This document shows positions 28,868 to 39,952 of a stretch of DNA of 64,000 nucleotides, piece after piece (the first letter of the stretch is position 1; every line of letters begins with the position of its first letter). A model generated the notes under the pieces. The model did no database searches, was not told the DNA's origin, and was given only the letters and a program-made list of their open reading frames with translations. Where the stretch lies: assembly GCA_030689595.1 (NCBI GenBank), contig JAUYHP010000001.1, positions 15,628 to 79,627 of the forward strand. Direction: 5' to 3'. Position numbers and translations under genes: made by a program. This DNA comes from a bacterium. Lineage in GTDB: Bacteria > Patescibacteriota > Minisyncoccia > UBA6257 > WO2-44-18.

Positions 28868-30071
28868 GTTTAAATACAACTCTAGAACTAAAAAAGGAGA
28901 ATTACAGGTTGGCTATGTTGAAGCTGTTAATCGTGACATGGCCTTGAATGTATTGCAGGGCCACGATCTTTATATTTTAAGTTTAGATGAGGTTAAGATC
29001 CCAAAGTTTTATTCTTCTATTCTCAAGGTATTTCAAAGAGTTAAGAGGGTGGACTTAGTAGTGTTTACGAGGCAGTTTTCGGCTATGTTAGAGGCTGATT
29101 TGCCGCTAAACGATGCCTTAAAGGGTTTATACCTACAGACTAGAAATTCAACTTTGAAAGAGGCGGTGTTTGAGATGTGGTCTGATATTGACGCTGGTCT
29201 TTCTTTGTCTCAGGCGCTCGAAAAGCATGGTAATATTTTTTCGGAATTTTATATCAATCTTGTAAGGTCAGCTGAAGTTACCGGGCGCATTGACGAGGTG
29301 ATGAGTTTCTTAGCTGACTATCTTGAGAAAGAGTTGGCTTTGATAGCCAAAGTTCGCAATGCCATGATTTATCCGATATTTATTCTATCGTTGTTTTTGG
29401 TTGTTGCTGGACTTCTGGTGAGCATAGTCTTCCCACAGCTTCAGCCGATATTTGCCGAGTCTAATGTCCAATTGCCACTATTCACGAGCATATTGCTGGG
29501 CACCGGCAATTTCTTAGCTCAGTGGTGGCTGGCAGTTGTCATAGGCGCAGTGCTTTTGGCGGCCATATTGTTAGATTATTTACGCAGCAAAGAGGGTAAG
29601 ATAATTTATGGCCAATTAAGCATTAACGCCCCAGTTTTTGGCAATCTATTTAAAAAAGTATATGTTAGTCGTTTCGCCGAAGGTTTATCTGTATTAATTA
29701 AAGGCGGCATCCCAGTTGCGCAAGCCATTGAGATAAGCGGCCATACTATTGATAACGTCCTTTACCGCGACCTAATTCATGATTTAGCTGAGCGCGTTAG
29801 AAGTGGTGAACAATTTTCGGAAGCTTTAATAGCTAATGAGAAATATTTCCCGCCATTGATTAGTCAGATGGTGGCCGTTGGCGAGAAGACTGGCAAGCTG
29901 GATGAGATGTTGACTAGGACTGCTAAGTTTTATACTCGAGAAGTTAATGATATAGTAGCCAATTTAGTTGAGCTTATTCAGCCGACGATGATGGTCATTA
30001 TGGGTGTTTTGGTCGGCTTGTTATTTGCTTCAATCCTATTGCCGATATATAGTTTAATACAATCGTTTTAA
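28863..30071 (+). CDS. pilC: type IV pilus inner-membrane platform protein PilC (GspF family)
   Basis: Two T2SS-F repeats and three TM helices. I took the start at the internal ATG (MKFKYNSRTKKGE). The ORF track begins 45 nt earlier. Confidence 0.85.
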   Translation: MKFKYNSRTKKGELQVGYVEAVNRDMALNVLQGHDLYILSLDEVKIPKFYSSILKVFQRVKRVDLVVFTRQFSAMLEADLPLNDALKGLYLQTRNSTLKEAVFEMWSDIDAGLSLSQALEKHGNIFSEFYINLVRSAEVTGRIDEVMSFLADYLEKELALIAKVRNAMIYPIFILSLFLVVAGLLVSIVFPQLQPIFAESNVQLPLFTSILLGTGNFLAQWWLAVVIGAVLLAAILLDYLRSKEGKIIYGQLSINAPVFGNLFKKVYVSRFAEGLSVLIKGGIPVAQAIEISGHTIDNVLYRDLIHDLAERVRSGEQFSEALIANEKYFPPLISQMVAVGEKTGKLDEMLTRTAKFYTREVNDIVANLVELIQPTMMVIMGVLVGLLFASILLPIYSLIQSF

Positions 30072-30139
30072 GTTTTGTATAATGAAAAACGAGCATGAAA
30101 AGGTCGATATCTATTATGTATAAGATTCAAATAAGAAAT

Positions 30140-30616
30140 ATGAAAAGAGGCTTTACTCTAATCGAATTAGTAATTGTTATCGCTATCATAGGTATCCTGT
30201 CTTCCATCATCTTGGTTGGCTTGGGTGGTTTTAGGGCAAAGGGCAGAGACGCCCGTCGCACCGCTGATCTTAAGCAGGTGCAGAATGGTTTAGAGTTATA
30301 TTTTGCTGCTACTGGCGCCTACCCCGACAAGGATAATTGGGATGATTTAACTAACGCATTGACTGGTGCCAACATAGGCGTCAATCAGGTTCCTAATGAC
30401 CCACAATCTAATAACGGGGCCAGTTATGGCTATTGTGTGTCTGGCGGGAGATATGTTTTGGCGGCTATGCTTGAAGATGAAAACAATTTGGCCTTGAGGC
30501 AAGCAGGCGCTGCTTTCCCGTGTGATCCTGCTGGCGTTCTAGATGCTGGTGGTAGTAACGAAGTTTGCAATACCGCCGATCCGGCTACTACTAACGCTTA
30601 TTGCGTTACTCTCTAA
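30140..30616 (+). CDS. type IV major pilin
   Basis: Class III signal MKRGFTLIELVIVIAIIGIL with cleavage at G|F and Glu at +5. The C-terminal half contains four Cys. The start is the internal ATG of ORF 30095. Confidence 0.8.
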   Translation: MKRGFTLIELVIVIAIIGILSSIILVGLGGFRAKGRDARRTADLKQVQNGLELYFAATGAYPDKDNWDDLTNALTGANIGVNQVPNDPQSNNGASYGYCVSGGRYVLAAMLEDENNLALRQAGAAFPCDPAGVLDAGGSNEVCNTADPATTNAYCVTL

Positions 30617-30673
30617 TTTGGAATATAGGCGCGTTAGATAATCTAGGGAGGCTCTGCCTCCCTAGATTGGCAT

Positions 30674-31450
30674 ATGGCTATGTTAATACCTATTACGATA
30701 ATTTTTATATTTGGCCTTACGATTGGTAGCTTTATCAATGTCGTCGCTTTTCGATATCCAGATGACAGCACCATTGGAAGGACGTGGCTTAAGATTTTAG
30801 GCGGGCGATCTCGTTGTCCGAATTGTAATAAGACTTTGCGCTGGTACGAGTTGGTGCCGTTGATTAGTTTTTTGATACAGCTAGGTAAATGCCGTGGCTG
30901 TGGCGTTAGTATTTCATGGCGATATCCAATAGTAGAATTATTTAGTGGCTTAGCGGCAGCTTTGTGGTATGCGACTATTTTTACGACTTTGCCTTGGTGG
31001 CAGGCCGTTACTTTGGCTGTCGCTATATTTATATTAATCTTGGCGGCGGCTATCGATGCTCGGCTTTCAATTTTGCCCGATGGTTTAAATCTTTCGCTGG
31101 CAATTTTAGGTTTAGCGCTGGTGATTATGAGAGCTGACTACATTAATAGTTTGGTGGCAGCCGCGGGCGGCATATTATTTTTTGGCGGGATTGTGCTGTT
31201 GAGTCAAGGCCGAGCTATGGGCATGGGCGATATTAAATTAGCTGGTGCTATGGGGTTATTGTTGGGATGGCCTGGGGCGGTGTTGGCTTTCATGCTTTCG
31301 TTTATAACTGGCGCCATTTGGGGAATTTTGCTCATTATGATCAAGCGCAAAAAACTAAGGGATGCCATACCATTTGGCCCCTTTCTGGTGGCGGGTTCAT
31401 TATTGGTCGTATTTTTTGGGCCGCAGATTTCTGCTATTATTAGACTATGA
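30674..31450 (+). CDS. pilD: prepilin peptidase PilD (A24 family)
   Basis: N-terminal tetracysteine (CPNCN...CRGCG) and multiple TM helices with conserved Asp residues. Confidence 0.85.
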   Translation: MAMLIPITIIFIFGLTIGSFINVVAFRYPDDSTIGRTWLKILGGRSRCPNCNKTLRWYELVPLISFLIQLGKCRGCGVSISWRYPIVELFSGLAAALWYATIFTTLPWWQAVTLAVAIFILILAAAIDARLSILPDGLNLSLAILGLALVIMRADYINSLVAAAGGILFFGGIVLLSQGRAMGMGDIKLAGAMGLLLGWPGAVLAFMLSFITGAIWGILLIMIKRKKLRDAIPFGPFLVAGSLLVVFFGPQISAIIRL

Positions 31451-31986
31451 AGCAAAAAGACCAGAGCGGCTTCTCGCTTATAGAATTATTGGTAGTAGTT
31501 TCTATTTTGGGCGTTTTGACATCGCTCCTGATTCTTTATAGTCGCGACAGCGAAAGACAGTTAACTCTGATACGAGAGCAGTCAAAATTGGTCAGTACAA
31601 TTTTACGGGCTAAATCATTAGCCGTTCAAACCTTCATTGGAGAAGGTCCAACCTGTGGCTATGGTGTGCATTTCTCTGAAAATGATGCCAGTTATACGTT
31701 GTTCAAGGATGCTAAGATTAACAATGAGTGCTCAGCTAATGACAAGGTTCTCACTGATGCTAATGAATGGGAAGAGACAGTCGATTTGAGTAGCTTGGGC
31801 GTGCAAATAAGTAGCGGCCAGACATCGGACATATTTTTTATTCCACCGGATCCGCAGGTCGCGATTAACGGAGCGGTATCATCTGTGCCAGTAGATGTCA
31901 TCGTCGATTTATCTATAATCATAAACGGCCAATTATCCACGCGAAGTATTAAAATAAACAATGCTGGGCAAGTTTCTACACAATAA
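31447..31986 (+). CDS. minor pilin / pseudopilin
   Basis: N-terminal GFSLIELLVVVSILGVL prepilin motif. Confidence 0.6.
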   Translation: MKQKDQSGFSLIELLVVVSILGVLTSLLILYSRDSERQLTLIREQSKLVSTILRAKSLAVQTFIGEGPTCGYGVHFSENDASYTLFKDAKINNECSANDKVLTDANEWEETVDLSSLGVQISSGQTSDIFFIPPDPQVAINGAVSSVPVDVIVDLSIIINGQLSTRSIKINNAGQVSTQ

Positions 31987-32488
31987 TCGAGGCGAGCTGA
32001 TAATCGAGGCTATAATTGCCATAAGCATTATTGTGGTGGGTCTTTTGAGTGTGGTTACGTTATTGTCTTCATCACAAAGCCTGAATCGGGTTCTGAGTGA
32101 TAGATATATAGCCACCTATCTAGCGTCGGAAGGCATAGAGGTTGTTAAAAATCTTATAGATACCAATTATATATCGGGGAAGCCGTGGAATGATAGGTTG
32201 GCCACGGGGAATAATTATCTAGTTAGCTTTCAGTCTCCGGGACTTCTTGCGTCTTTGCCAGAAAGCTACCGCACAGTTAATTATGGCGATTGGAGTAACA
32301 CTATCCCCGATGGCGCGTACGGTTTGGGTTTTTACGTTGGTGGTTCTGGGACTAATTTTAAGAGGGTCATTAATATATCCTATCCTACCACCAACGAGAT
32401 GAGGGTTAATTCTATTGTTAATTGGACGTCGCGAGGCGGAGGAGAATTTGAGATTAATTTAGAAGATCATTTTTATGACTGGAGATAG
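31961..32488 (+). CDS. minor pilin-like protein
   Basis: Hydrophobic N-terminal helix with a Glu (RGELIIEAIIAISIIVVGLL). Confidence 0.45.
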   Translation: MLGKFLHNNRGELIIEAIIAISIIVVGLLSVVTLLSSSQSLNRVLSDRYIATYLASEGIEVVKNLIDTNYISGKPWNDRLATGNNYLVSFQSPGLLASLPESYRTVNYGDWSNTIPDGAYGLGFYVGGSGTNFKRVINISYPTTNEMRVNSIVNWTSRGGGEFEINLEDHFYDWR

Positions 32489-33011
32489 AAAACGAGGATT
32501 TACATTAATAGAGCTGTTGGTGGCCATGGGCTTGTTTGTGATTGTATTGAGTATAACCAGCGCTATCTTTATCCGTGGGTTGCGAAGTCAGAAGGTGATA
32601 ACCAGTCTCATTGCAGTCAATGATAATGCTAGCTTGTCTTTAGAACAAATGGCCCGTGAGATTAGAACCGGAATTTGTTTTAAGGTTTCTGATATTGATG
32701 GTGAGAACTGGCTGGGCAATAAGTTGGAGTTTATCAATGCGCGCGGTGAGTCAGTGGCTTATGATTTTGCGGTGGGTGGCCTTATTGATAGAATCGTTGA
32801 TGGTGCGTCAGCTTATATTACCAGCGATGATGTTGTCATCCGCAGGTTGGAATTTGTATTGCAATGGCCGCTAAATGACGACGATAAACAGGTGAGGGTC
32901 ACTATAATGCTTAGTGTGGGGGCGAGGGCGGAGCAGTTGCAGGCGTTTGTCACTAACATTCAGACTACGGTCAGCCCCAGAATTTTAGATACTAGTTATT
33001 CATGCGATTAG
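32475..33011 (+). CDS. minor pilin (PilW-like)
   Basis: KRGFTLIELLVAMGLFVIVL prepilin motif. Confidence 0.6.
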   Translation: MTGDRKRGFTLIELLVAMGLFVIVLSITSAIFIRGLRSQKVITSLIAVNDNASLSLEQMAREIRTGICFKVSDIDGENWLGNKLEFINARGESVAYDFAVGGLIDRIVDGASAYITSDDVVIRRLEFVLQWPLNDDDKQVRVTIMLSVGARAEQLQAFVTNIQTTVSPRILDTSYSCD

Positions 33012-33044
33012 ACGAGTTATAATGTATAGAATAACAATAATTTT

Positions 33045-33398
33045 ATGAACCAACAGCGACCCAAAGGACAAATTATGTTAGTTACTGTGCTTATTTTGTC
33101 GGGCACTATTTTAGGCGCAGTCGCTATAGCTGGTTTGTTGATGATATATCAAGTTAGACAGACGACTAATGTAGCTAATTCGACTAAGGCGATTTTTGCG
33201 GCCGATGCTGGCTTGGAATGTGAGTTTTACAATAGGATCAAAGACGGCGTCGAGATCTGTGACGACATTTTGTTTACTAACGATGTTAGCGCGGATGATG
33301 CGGATGATGTTAGCGTGGTTACCACTGTTAAGGACAATATAATTCAATCTGTCGGCAATTCAGGTGATACCAGTAGAGCTTTTAAGGCAACTTTTTAA
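33045..33398 (+). CDS. minor pilin-like protein (PilX-like)
   Basis: KGQIMLVTVLILSGTILGAVAI N-terminal helix. 117 aa. Confidence 0.45.
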   Translation: MNQQRPKGQIMLVTVLILSGTILGAVAIAGLLMIYQVRQTTNVANSTKAIFAADAGLECEFYNRIKDGVEICDDILFTNDVSADDADDVSVVTTVKDNIIQSVGNSGDTSRAFKATF

Positions 33399-35435
<2,037 letters not shown>

Positions 35436-35486
35436 GCTTCAAGCCATATTATTTAAGTAGTACTTGAACATTAAATCAGTCTCGCC

Positions 35487-35858
35487 TTGGCGGGGCTGAT
35501 CACGGGAGGGTACGCGATGCCAATTCTGTTGACTATAGCCGCTGTATTTGTCTTCGCCGCATTAATAGCCACAATGAATGCTATGATGGGCTTTCCGTTC
35601 GGGGAAGTTGGTTTTTTCAAAAGGCTTGTACACGATCTATGGTGTTTGTTTGGTGGCGGATTCATATTAGTCGGTGCCGCACATAGCTTGGTGGTCCTAA
35701 CTCTAGTTATGCTCGTGGTCGTTATGGGCTCGTCTATAGTGTTCAGTGCGATTAGGCTTCCATGTGATAACATGGGGTCGATAAAACACATAGTTTACCA
35801 CGGTATGTATTTAGCCCTTGGCGCTGCGTTGATGTGGTTGATGTTGCTGCCAGTATAA
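35487..35858 (+). CDS. hypothetical small membrane protein
   Basis: 123 aa with 3-4 TM helices. A terminator follows. Confidence 0.4.
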   Translation: MAGLITGGYAMPILLTIAAVFVFAALIATMNAMMGFPFGEVGFFKRLVHDLWCLFGGGFILVGAAHSLVVLTLVMLVVVMGSSIVFSAIRLPCDNMGSIKHIVYHGMYLALGAALMWLMLLPV

Positions 35859-35864
35859 TTATTA

Positions 35865-35897
35865 CCCGCTTCGAGATTTATCGAAGCGGTTTTTTTA
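35865..35897 (+). terminator. Intrinsic terminator.
   Basis: CCGCTTCGAgatttaTCGAAGCGG-ttttttt. Confidence 0.75.
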
Positions 35898-36110
35898 CTA
35901 GACGTCGTAATTTTAATTACGACTAATATAATATCGCCGGTGGGCGATTCTTATCTAGCAAAAAGCCAGGTTCCTCCGATGACTATCGGAGGACTTTTTT
36001 ACTAGACGTCGTAATGTTAATTACGACATATTAAAATTTCGCCGGTGGGTGATTCTTTGTCTAGCAAAAAACCTGGTGTCCACCGATATGCGTCGGTGGG
36101 CTTTTTTATG
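35897..36110 (+). repeat. Two tandem units of about 105 bp (35897-36000 and 36001-36110). Each carries a 20-bp palindrome GTCGTAATTnnAATTACGAC over promoter-like hexamers, a short unit and a terminator hairpin. They may be tandem small-RNA genes or tandem decoy promoters upstream of gatC.
   Basis: The first 75 nt of the two units are about 85% identical. The terminal hairpins differ by compensatory changes (CCTCCGatgactatCGGAGG versus CCACCGatatgcgtCGGTGG). Confidence 0.6.
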
Positions 36111-36123
36111 ATAGAATTTATTT

Positions 36124-36423
36124 ATGGCAGATATTAATAAAAAATCATTGGAGCACTTAGCTGATCTGGCTAGGTTAAAATTAGAAACTGGTGAGGAGGA
36201 GAAATTTCTCAAAGATTTGGGCAATATTTTAGATCATTTTAAGGAATTGCAAGAACTTAATACCGACGAGATTCAGCCGATGACTGGTGGTACTAGTCTT
36301 AAAAGCGTCATGCGTGGAGATGAGATTTTTGAGGAGGATCATTATATTGATGCTGATAAGATTCGCGACCAATTTCCCGAACATCAAGCAGGCCACCTAA
36401 AGGTACCACCAGTGTTTGAATAA
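36124..36423 (+). CDS. gatC: Asp-tRNA(Asn)/Glu-tRNA(Gln) amidotransferase subunit C
   Basis: 99 aa. The motif LADLARLKL...ELQELNTDEIQPMTG is typical of GatC. Confidence 0.85.
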   Translation: MADINKKSLEHLADLARLKLETGEEEKFLKDLGNILDHFKELQELNTDEIQPMTGGTSLKSVMRGDEIFEEDHYIDADKIRDQFPEHQAGHLKVPPVFE

Positions 36424-37876
36424 TATGCACATACGCGATTTAACGATCAAAAAATTTAATGAAGGGTTAACGAACAAGGAATTTACTGCTTTGGAGATGA
36501 CCAAGGAGATTTTCGATCATATTGAAAATAAGGAGCCTGAGATTGGGGCTTTTATATCCCTTAATAAAGAAGAGGCCTTTTTACAAGCGGAAAAAGCTGA
36601 TATAAAGATAGCCAAAGATGAACCGGTAGAGTTGTTAGCTGGTGTTCCGCTAGCTATCAAAGACAATATGCTCATTGATGGTTTGCCGGCTACCGCGGGA
36701 TCTAAAATGCTTGAAAATTATAAAGCCTCTTACGATGCTACTGTCATAAAAAAACTTAAGGCGGCTGATGCTGTATTCCTTGGCAAGACCAATATGGATG
36801 AGTTTGCTATGGGGTCTTCCACAGAAACTTCTGCCTTTAAACTAACACGCAACCCACATGATTTAGAGAGAGTGCCCGGCGGTTCGTCCGGCGGTTCGGC
36901 GGCATCTGTGGCTGCTAATATGGCCGTTGCAGGCCTCGGCTCCGATACTGGCGGCTCCATACGTCAACCGGCCGGTTTTTGTGGCGTAGTTGGTTTAAAG
37001 CCTACTTATGGCGCAGTCTCACGTCATGGACTTATTGCTATGGCCTCCAGCCTAGATCAAATCGGGACATTCACCAAAACAGCGGAAGACGCGGCGATAT
37101 TGTTTAAGACTATCGCTGGCAGGGATAAATTTGATGCTACTAGTGCCCCAGAGGCCGATAAATATGGTGATGAGTTGTTGGCCCCTAAATTGGAAGATAT
37201 TAAGGGATTGACCGTCGGTTTGCCGGAAGAATATTTTATTGATGGTATCGAACCACCAGTTGCTAAAGCGGTGGAGCGGGCAATTGAGCATATAAAAAGT
37301 TTGGGCATTAAGTTTAAAAAAATTAAATTGCCACACACCAAATACGCTCTGTCATGCTATTACATAATTATGCCGGCCGAAGTGAGCTCCAACTTGGCTC
37401 GATTTGATGGCATTAGATACGGCGATGTATCGGCAGTAGATAAAAAACTGAAGAGCTTATCTGAACTATACAAAGAAAATCGTAGTCATGGTTTTGGGGC
37501 CGAAGTTAAGCGTAGAGTTATCTTGGGGACGTTTGTTTTGTCATCAGGTTATTACGATGCTTATTATGCCAAGGCACAAAAAGCGCGAGCGCTCATAAAA
37601 AAAGATTTTGACGAGGCCTTCAAAGACGTTGATGTCATTTTAACTCCGACTTCTCCAACCACTGCTTTTAAATTTGGCGAGAAGATGAATGATCCACTAT
37701 CTATGTATCTATCAGACATATTTACCATTCCGGCCAACATGGCTGGCTTGCCGGCAATATCTATCCCAGTGAAAGGCAGCGAAGGATTGCCGGTGGGCTT
37801 TCAGTTAATAGGTAAGCATTGGCGAGAGGCCGACATTTTGGGCATAGGGCAGTACTACGAAAGATTGCACTATTAA
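36416..37876 (+). CDS. gatA: Asp-tRNA(Asn)/Glu-tRNA(Gln) amidotransferase subunit A (amidase signature family)
   Basis: Amidase signature GGSSGGSAA with the catalytic Ser-cisSer-Lys context. 486 aa. It overlaps gatC by 8 nt. Confidence 0.9.
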   Translation: MNNMHIRDLTIKKFNEGLTNKEFTALEMTKEIFDHIENKEPEIGAFISLNKEEAFLQAEKADIKIAKDEPVELLAGVPLAIKDNMLIDGLPATAGSKMLENYKASYDATVIKKLKAADAVFLGKTNMDEFAMGSSTETSAFKLTRNPHDLERVPGGSSGGSAASVAANMAVAGLGSDTGGSIRQPAGFCGVVGLKPTYGAVSRHGLIAMASSLDQIGTFTKTAEDAAILFKTIAGRDKFDATSAPEADKYGDELLAPKLEDIKGLTVGLPEEYFIDGIEPPVAKAVERAIEHIKSLGIKFKKIKLPHTKYALSCYYIIMPAEVSSNLARFDGIRYGDVSAVDKKLKSLSELYKENRSHGFGAEVKRRVILGTFVLSSGYYDAYYAKAQKARALIKKDFDEAFKDVDVILTPTSPTTAFKFGEKMNDPLSMYLSDIFTIPANMAGLPAISIPVKGSEGLPVGFQLIGKHWREADILGIGQYYERLHY

Positions 37877-37906
37877 AAAACCTCCTCTTTATAGAGGAGG
37901 TTTTTG
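37875..37906. terminator. Bidirectional intrinsic terminator.
   Basis: aaaaaa-CCTCCTCTttatAGAGGAGG-ttttt. Confidence 0.8.
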
Positions 37907-37912
37907 TTTAGG

Positions 37913-38218
37913 TTAATATTCTTTAGGTGGCCACTTCCAGCCCCTGACAGAATAATATGACTTCCATATAACATCCCTTAGGGCTTCGAATAGAGATTGT
38001 TGTTCGCTATTATCTTTTTTGTCATTCAATATATCTATGAGTTTATTGATTTTGCCTCTGATGGCATCATATAGTGTTGGATATCTTTTGAGATCAGCAG
38101 TGCTAGTCAGTCCATCTATAATATTGATGCATTGGGATTTAATTTCTTCACTAACCTCAGCTGCCTGGATCAAGTCATCGGCATCTTTTTTGGCCTCTTT
38201 CATTTCCAAAATGAACAT
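37913..38218 (-). CDS. hypothetical protein
   Basis: 101-aa ORF between the bidirectional terminator and tRNA-Asp. It is probably helical. No family recognised. Confidence 0.4.
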   Translation of the reverse strand: MFILEMKEAKKDADDLIQAAEVSEEIKSQCINIIDGLTSTADLKRYPTLYDAIRGKINKLIDILNDKKDNSEQQSLFEALRDVIWKSYYSVRGWKWPPKEY

Positions 38219-38299
38219 TCCCTCTTCAGTCTCAAGCAGGTGCTCGTTGGATTTATCGGGTGAACTATTTTGTGGTAGCTTCTCGCTTATTTGTATTAT

Positions 38300-38377
38300 T
38301 GGCGCAGCCGACCGGATTTGAACCGGCGATCTTCTCCGTGACAGGGAGACGTGTTAACCGGGCTACACTACGGCTGC
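38300..38377 (-). tRNA. tRNA-Asp(GUC)
   Basis: Anticodon loop CUGUCAC, discriminator G and an encoded CCA. Confidence 0.9.
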
Positions 38378-38393
38378 AGCTAGTTATAATATA

Positions 38394-39686
38394 CTAGGTT
38401 TTTATTTGCTTTACAATATTTTTGAACCGTTGGCCTCTGTCAGCATAATCAGTGAACATATCGAAGCTAGCGGAGGCGGGTGAAAATAGGATAGTTATTA
38501 GCAATTGGTTATTAGCAATTAAGCTACGCGTGGCTGAAAAAGCCAACTTAACTGCGCCCTCCAAGCTTTTTGCGGTTTTAATATCTAACTTCTTGTTGCC
38601 CATCAATGCCCTCTTTATCTTATTTTTATTTTCTCCAAATAGAATTATCGATTTTACATTGCCAGCTTTTTTGGTGGCGTGGGCTAGAGGAGTATAATCT
38701 AGGCCCTTATCTTTGCCACCAGCTATAAGGATAGTTGCGCTATTATTATTTGATAGACTAAGAATAGCTTTAGCAGCCGTTTGCGGGTTAGTACTCGCCG
38801 AATCGTTATAGAACAACATTCTCACATTCTCCCCTCGCCCGTCCGTAGCCTCGCGCGAAGGAGGGAGAATGTGAGAATGTTGTTTCGTGAGAGTTATGGT
38901 GCGCGCCAGCTCCATTCTATGCTCTAGGCCATGGAAGTTTTTGATAGTTCTGGCGATGATTTCTGCTGGACAGCCTAAGTTTTTAGCGACGGCTGCGGCC
39001 ATGATGTTGTTTTTGCTTAAATCATCGGGTGCGGTGATGGCAATTTTTTTGCCGCGGCTTTTAAGAGCAATTTTCTTAGAAAGTTTATTATCGGCAAAAT
39101 AAAAAACTTTATCATTGGTTTTTTGGTGGCGGCAGATATTAGACTTGGCTGATGTATATTCGGCCATATTCTTGTGCACATCCATGTGGTCGGGGAATAT
39201 GTCTAAGACAACTGCTATGGTGGGGGATTTATCAAGGTCTTGCAATTGAAAGCTAGAAAGCTCCAATATTGCTAATGATTTTCTATCTAATTTAGAAAGT
39301 ATATCGATCGACGGCTTGCCAATGTTGCCGGCTAGCTGGACATCATATCCAGCGGCCTTGAGGATTTTATATAATAGAGTAGAAGTAGTGCCTTTGCCTT
39401 TGGTGCCAGTTATTCCGATTATTTTGGCTGGGCATAGGTCAAAAAATAACTTTGTAATGCTGGCAACTTCCGTGCCATTTTTAATGGCTTTTTGGATTTG
39501 CGGTAGATTATATGGCATTCCAGGGGAGCGAAAGACGAGGTCGTATTTATAAAGATTTTTGAGGTAATTTTTATCGCGCTTTTTATCAAGAATATCAATC
39601 GGCCCCTTTTTAAATTGAGGTTGTTTTTTGAGAAATTTGAGGAGGGATTTGCCTTCGCGAGCGAATCCTAGAATGGCCACCTTCAT
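38394..39686 (-). CDS. murD: UDP-N-acetylmuramoylalanine--D-glutamate ligase
   Basis: Mur ligase P-loop GITGTKGKGTTS, and HRMEL...NDSASTN...GGKDKGLDY motifs collinear with E. coli MurD. It contains an in-frame insertion of about 20 codons, listed as a repeat feature. Confidence 0.8.
   Translation of the reverse strand: MKVAILGFAREGKSLLKFLKKQPQFKKGPIDILDKKRDKNYLKNLYKYDLVFRSPGMPYNLPQIQKAIKNGTEVASITKLFFDLCPAKIIGITGTKGKGTTSTLLYKILKAAGYDVQLAGNIGKPSIDILSKLDRKSLAILELSSFQLQDLDKSPTIAVVLDIFPDHMDVHKNMAEYTSAKSNICRHQKTNDKVFYFADNKLSKKIALKSRGKKIAITAPDDLSKNNIMAAAVAKNLGCPAEIIARTIKNFHGLEHRMELARTITLTKQHSHILPPSREATDGRGENVRMLFYNDSASTNPQTAAKAILSLSNNNSATILIAGGKDKGLDYTPLAHATKKAGNVKSIILFGENKNKIKRALMGNKKLDIKTAKSLEGAVKLAFSATRSLIANNQLLITILFSPASASFDMFTDYADRGQRFKNIVKQIKT
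38813..38885. repeat. Perfect 22-bp inverted repeat with a 29-bp spacer, located in-frame inside murD. It is a candidate miniature palindromic element of the RPE type.
   Basis: AACAACATTCTCACATTCTCCC at 38813-38834 pairs with GGGAGAATGTGAGAATGTTGTT at 38864-38885. The encoded segment ARTITLTKQHSHILPPSREATDGRGENVRM has no counterpart in E. coli MurD between the HR.E and NDSKATN motifs. Confidence 0.6.
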
Positions 39687-39739
39687 TAGCTTCAGATTAC
39701 CAATTTTTGCCTTTTACAACAATTGTGGTACACTATTCA

Positions 39740-39811
39740 CGCGGGGTGGAGAAGTGGCATCTCGAGTGGCTCATAACCACTAGATCGCAGGTTCGAATCC
39801 TGCCCCCGCAA
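39740..39811 (+). tRNA. initiator tRNA-fMet(CAU)
   Basis: CGCGGGG 5' end with a C1-A72 mismatch and anticodon loop CUCAUAA. The outline is collinear with E. coli tRNA-fMet. CCA is not encoded. Confidence 0.9.
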
Positions 39812-39877
39812 ATTTTTCGGAGAAAAATTTGTGAGGCTCGCCCGCTTTCAGCGAGGCGGCCCGCAAGCATCGGAGCA

Positions 39878-39908
39878 CAAAACCCCATCGTATTGATGGG
39901 GTTTTGTT
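39878..39908 (+). terminator. Intrinsic terminator after the tRNA-fMet gene.
   Basis: aaaa-CCCCATCgtattGATGGGG-ttttg. Confidence 0.6.
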
Positions 39909-39952
39909 GTTTAATAAAAAAACCGCCTGATCTAGTCAAGCGGTTTGAGAGC

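Noticed and set aside
35897-36110. Possible CRISPR array, because of the direct repeats with intervening sequence.
   Set aside because: There are only two units. The period is about 104 bp, and the repeats are 75 nt long and degenerate. No cas genes are nearby. The structure fits tandem promoter-terminator or small-RNA modules better.
38019-38321. ORF 38019..38321(+) overlapping minus-strand ORF 37913..38218.
   Set aside because: It is a low-complexity Ser/Leu-rich translation and extends into the tRNA-Asp gene. The minus-strand ORF sits between a terminator and the tRNA and is the more plausible gene, although that call is itself weak.
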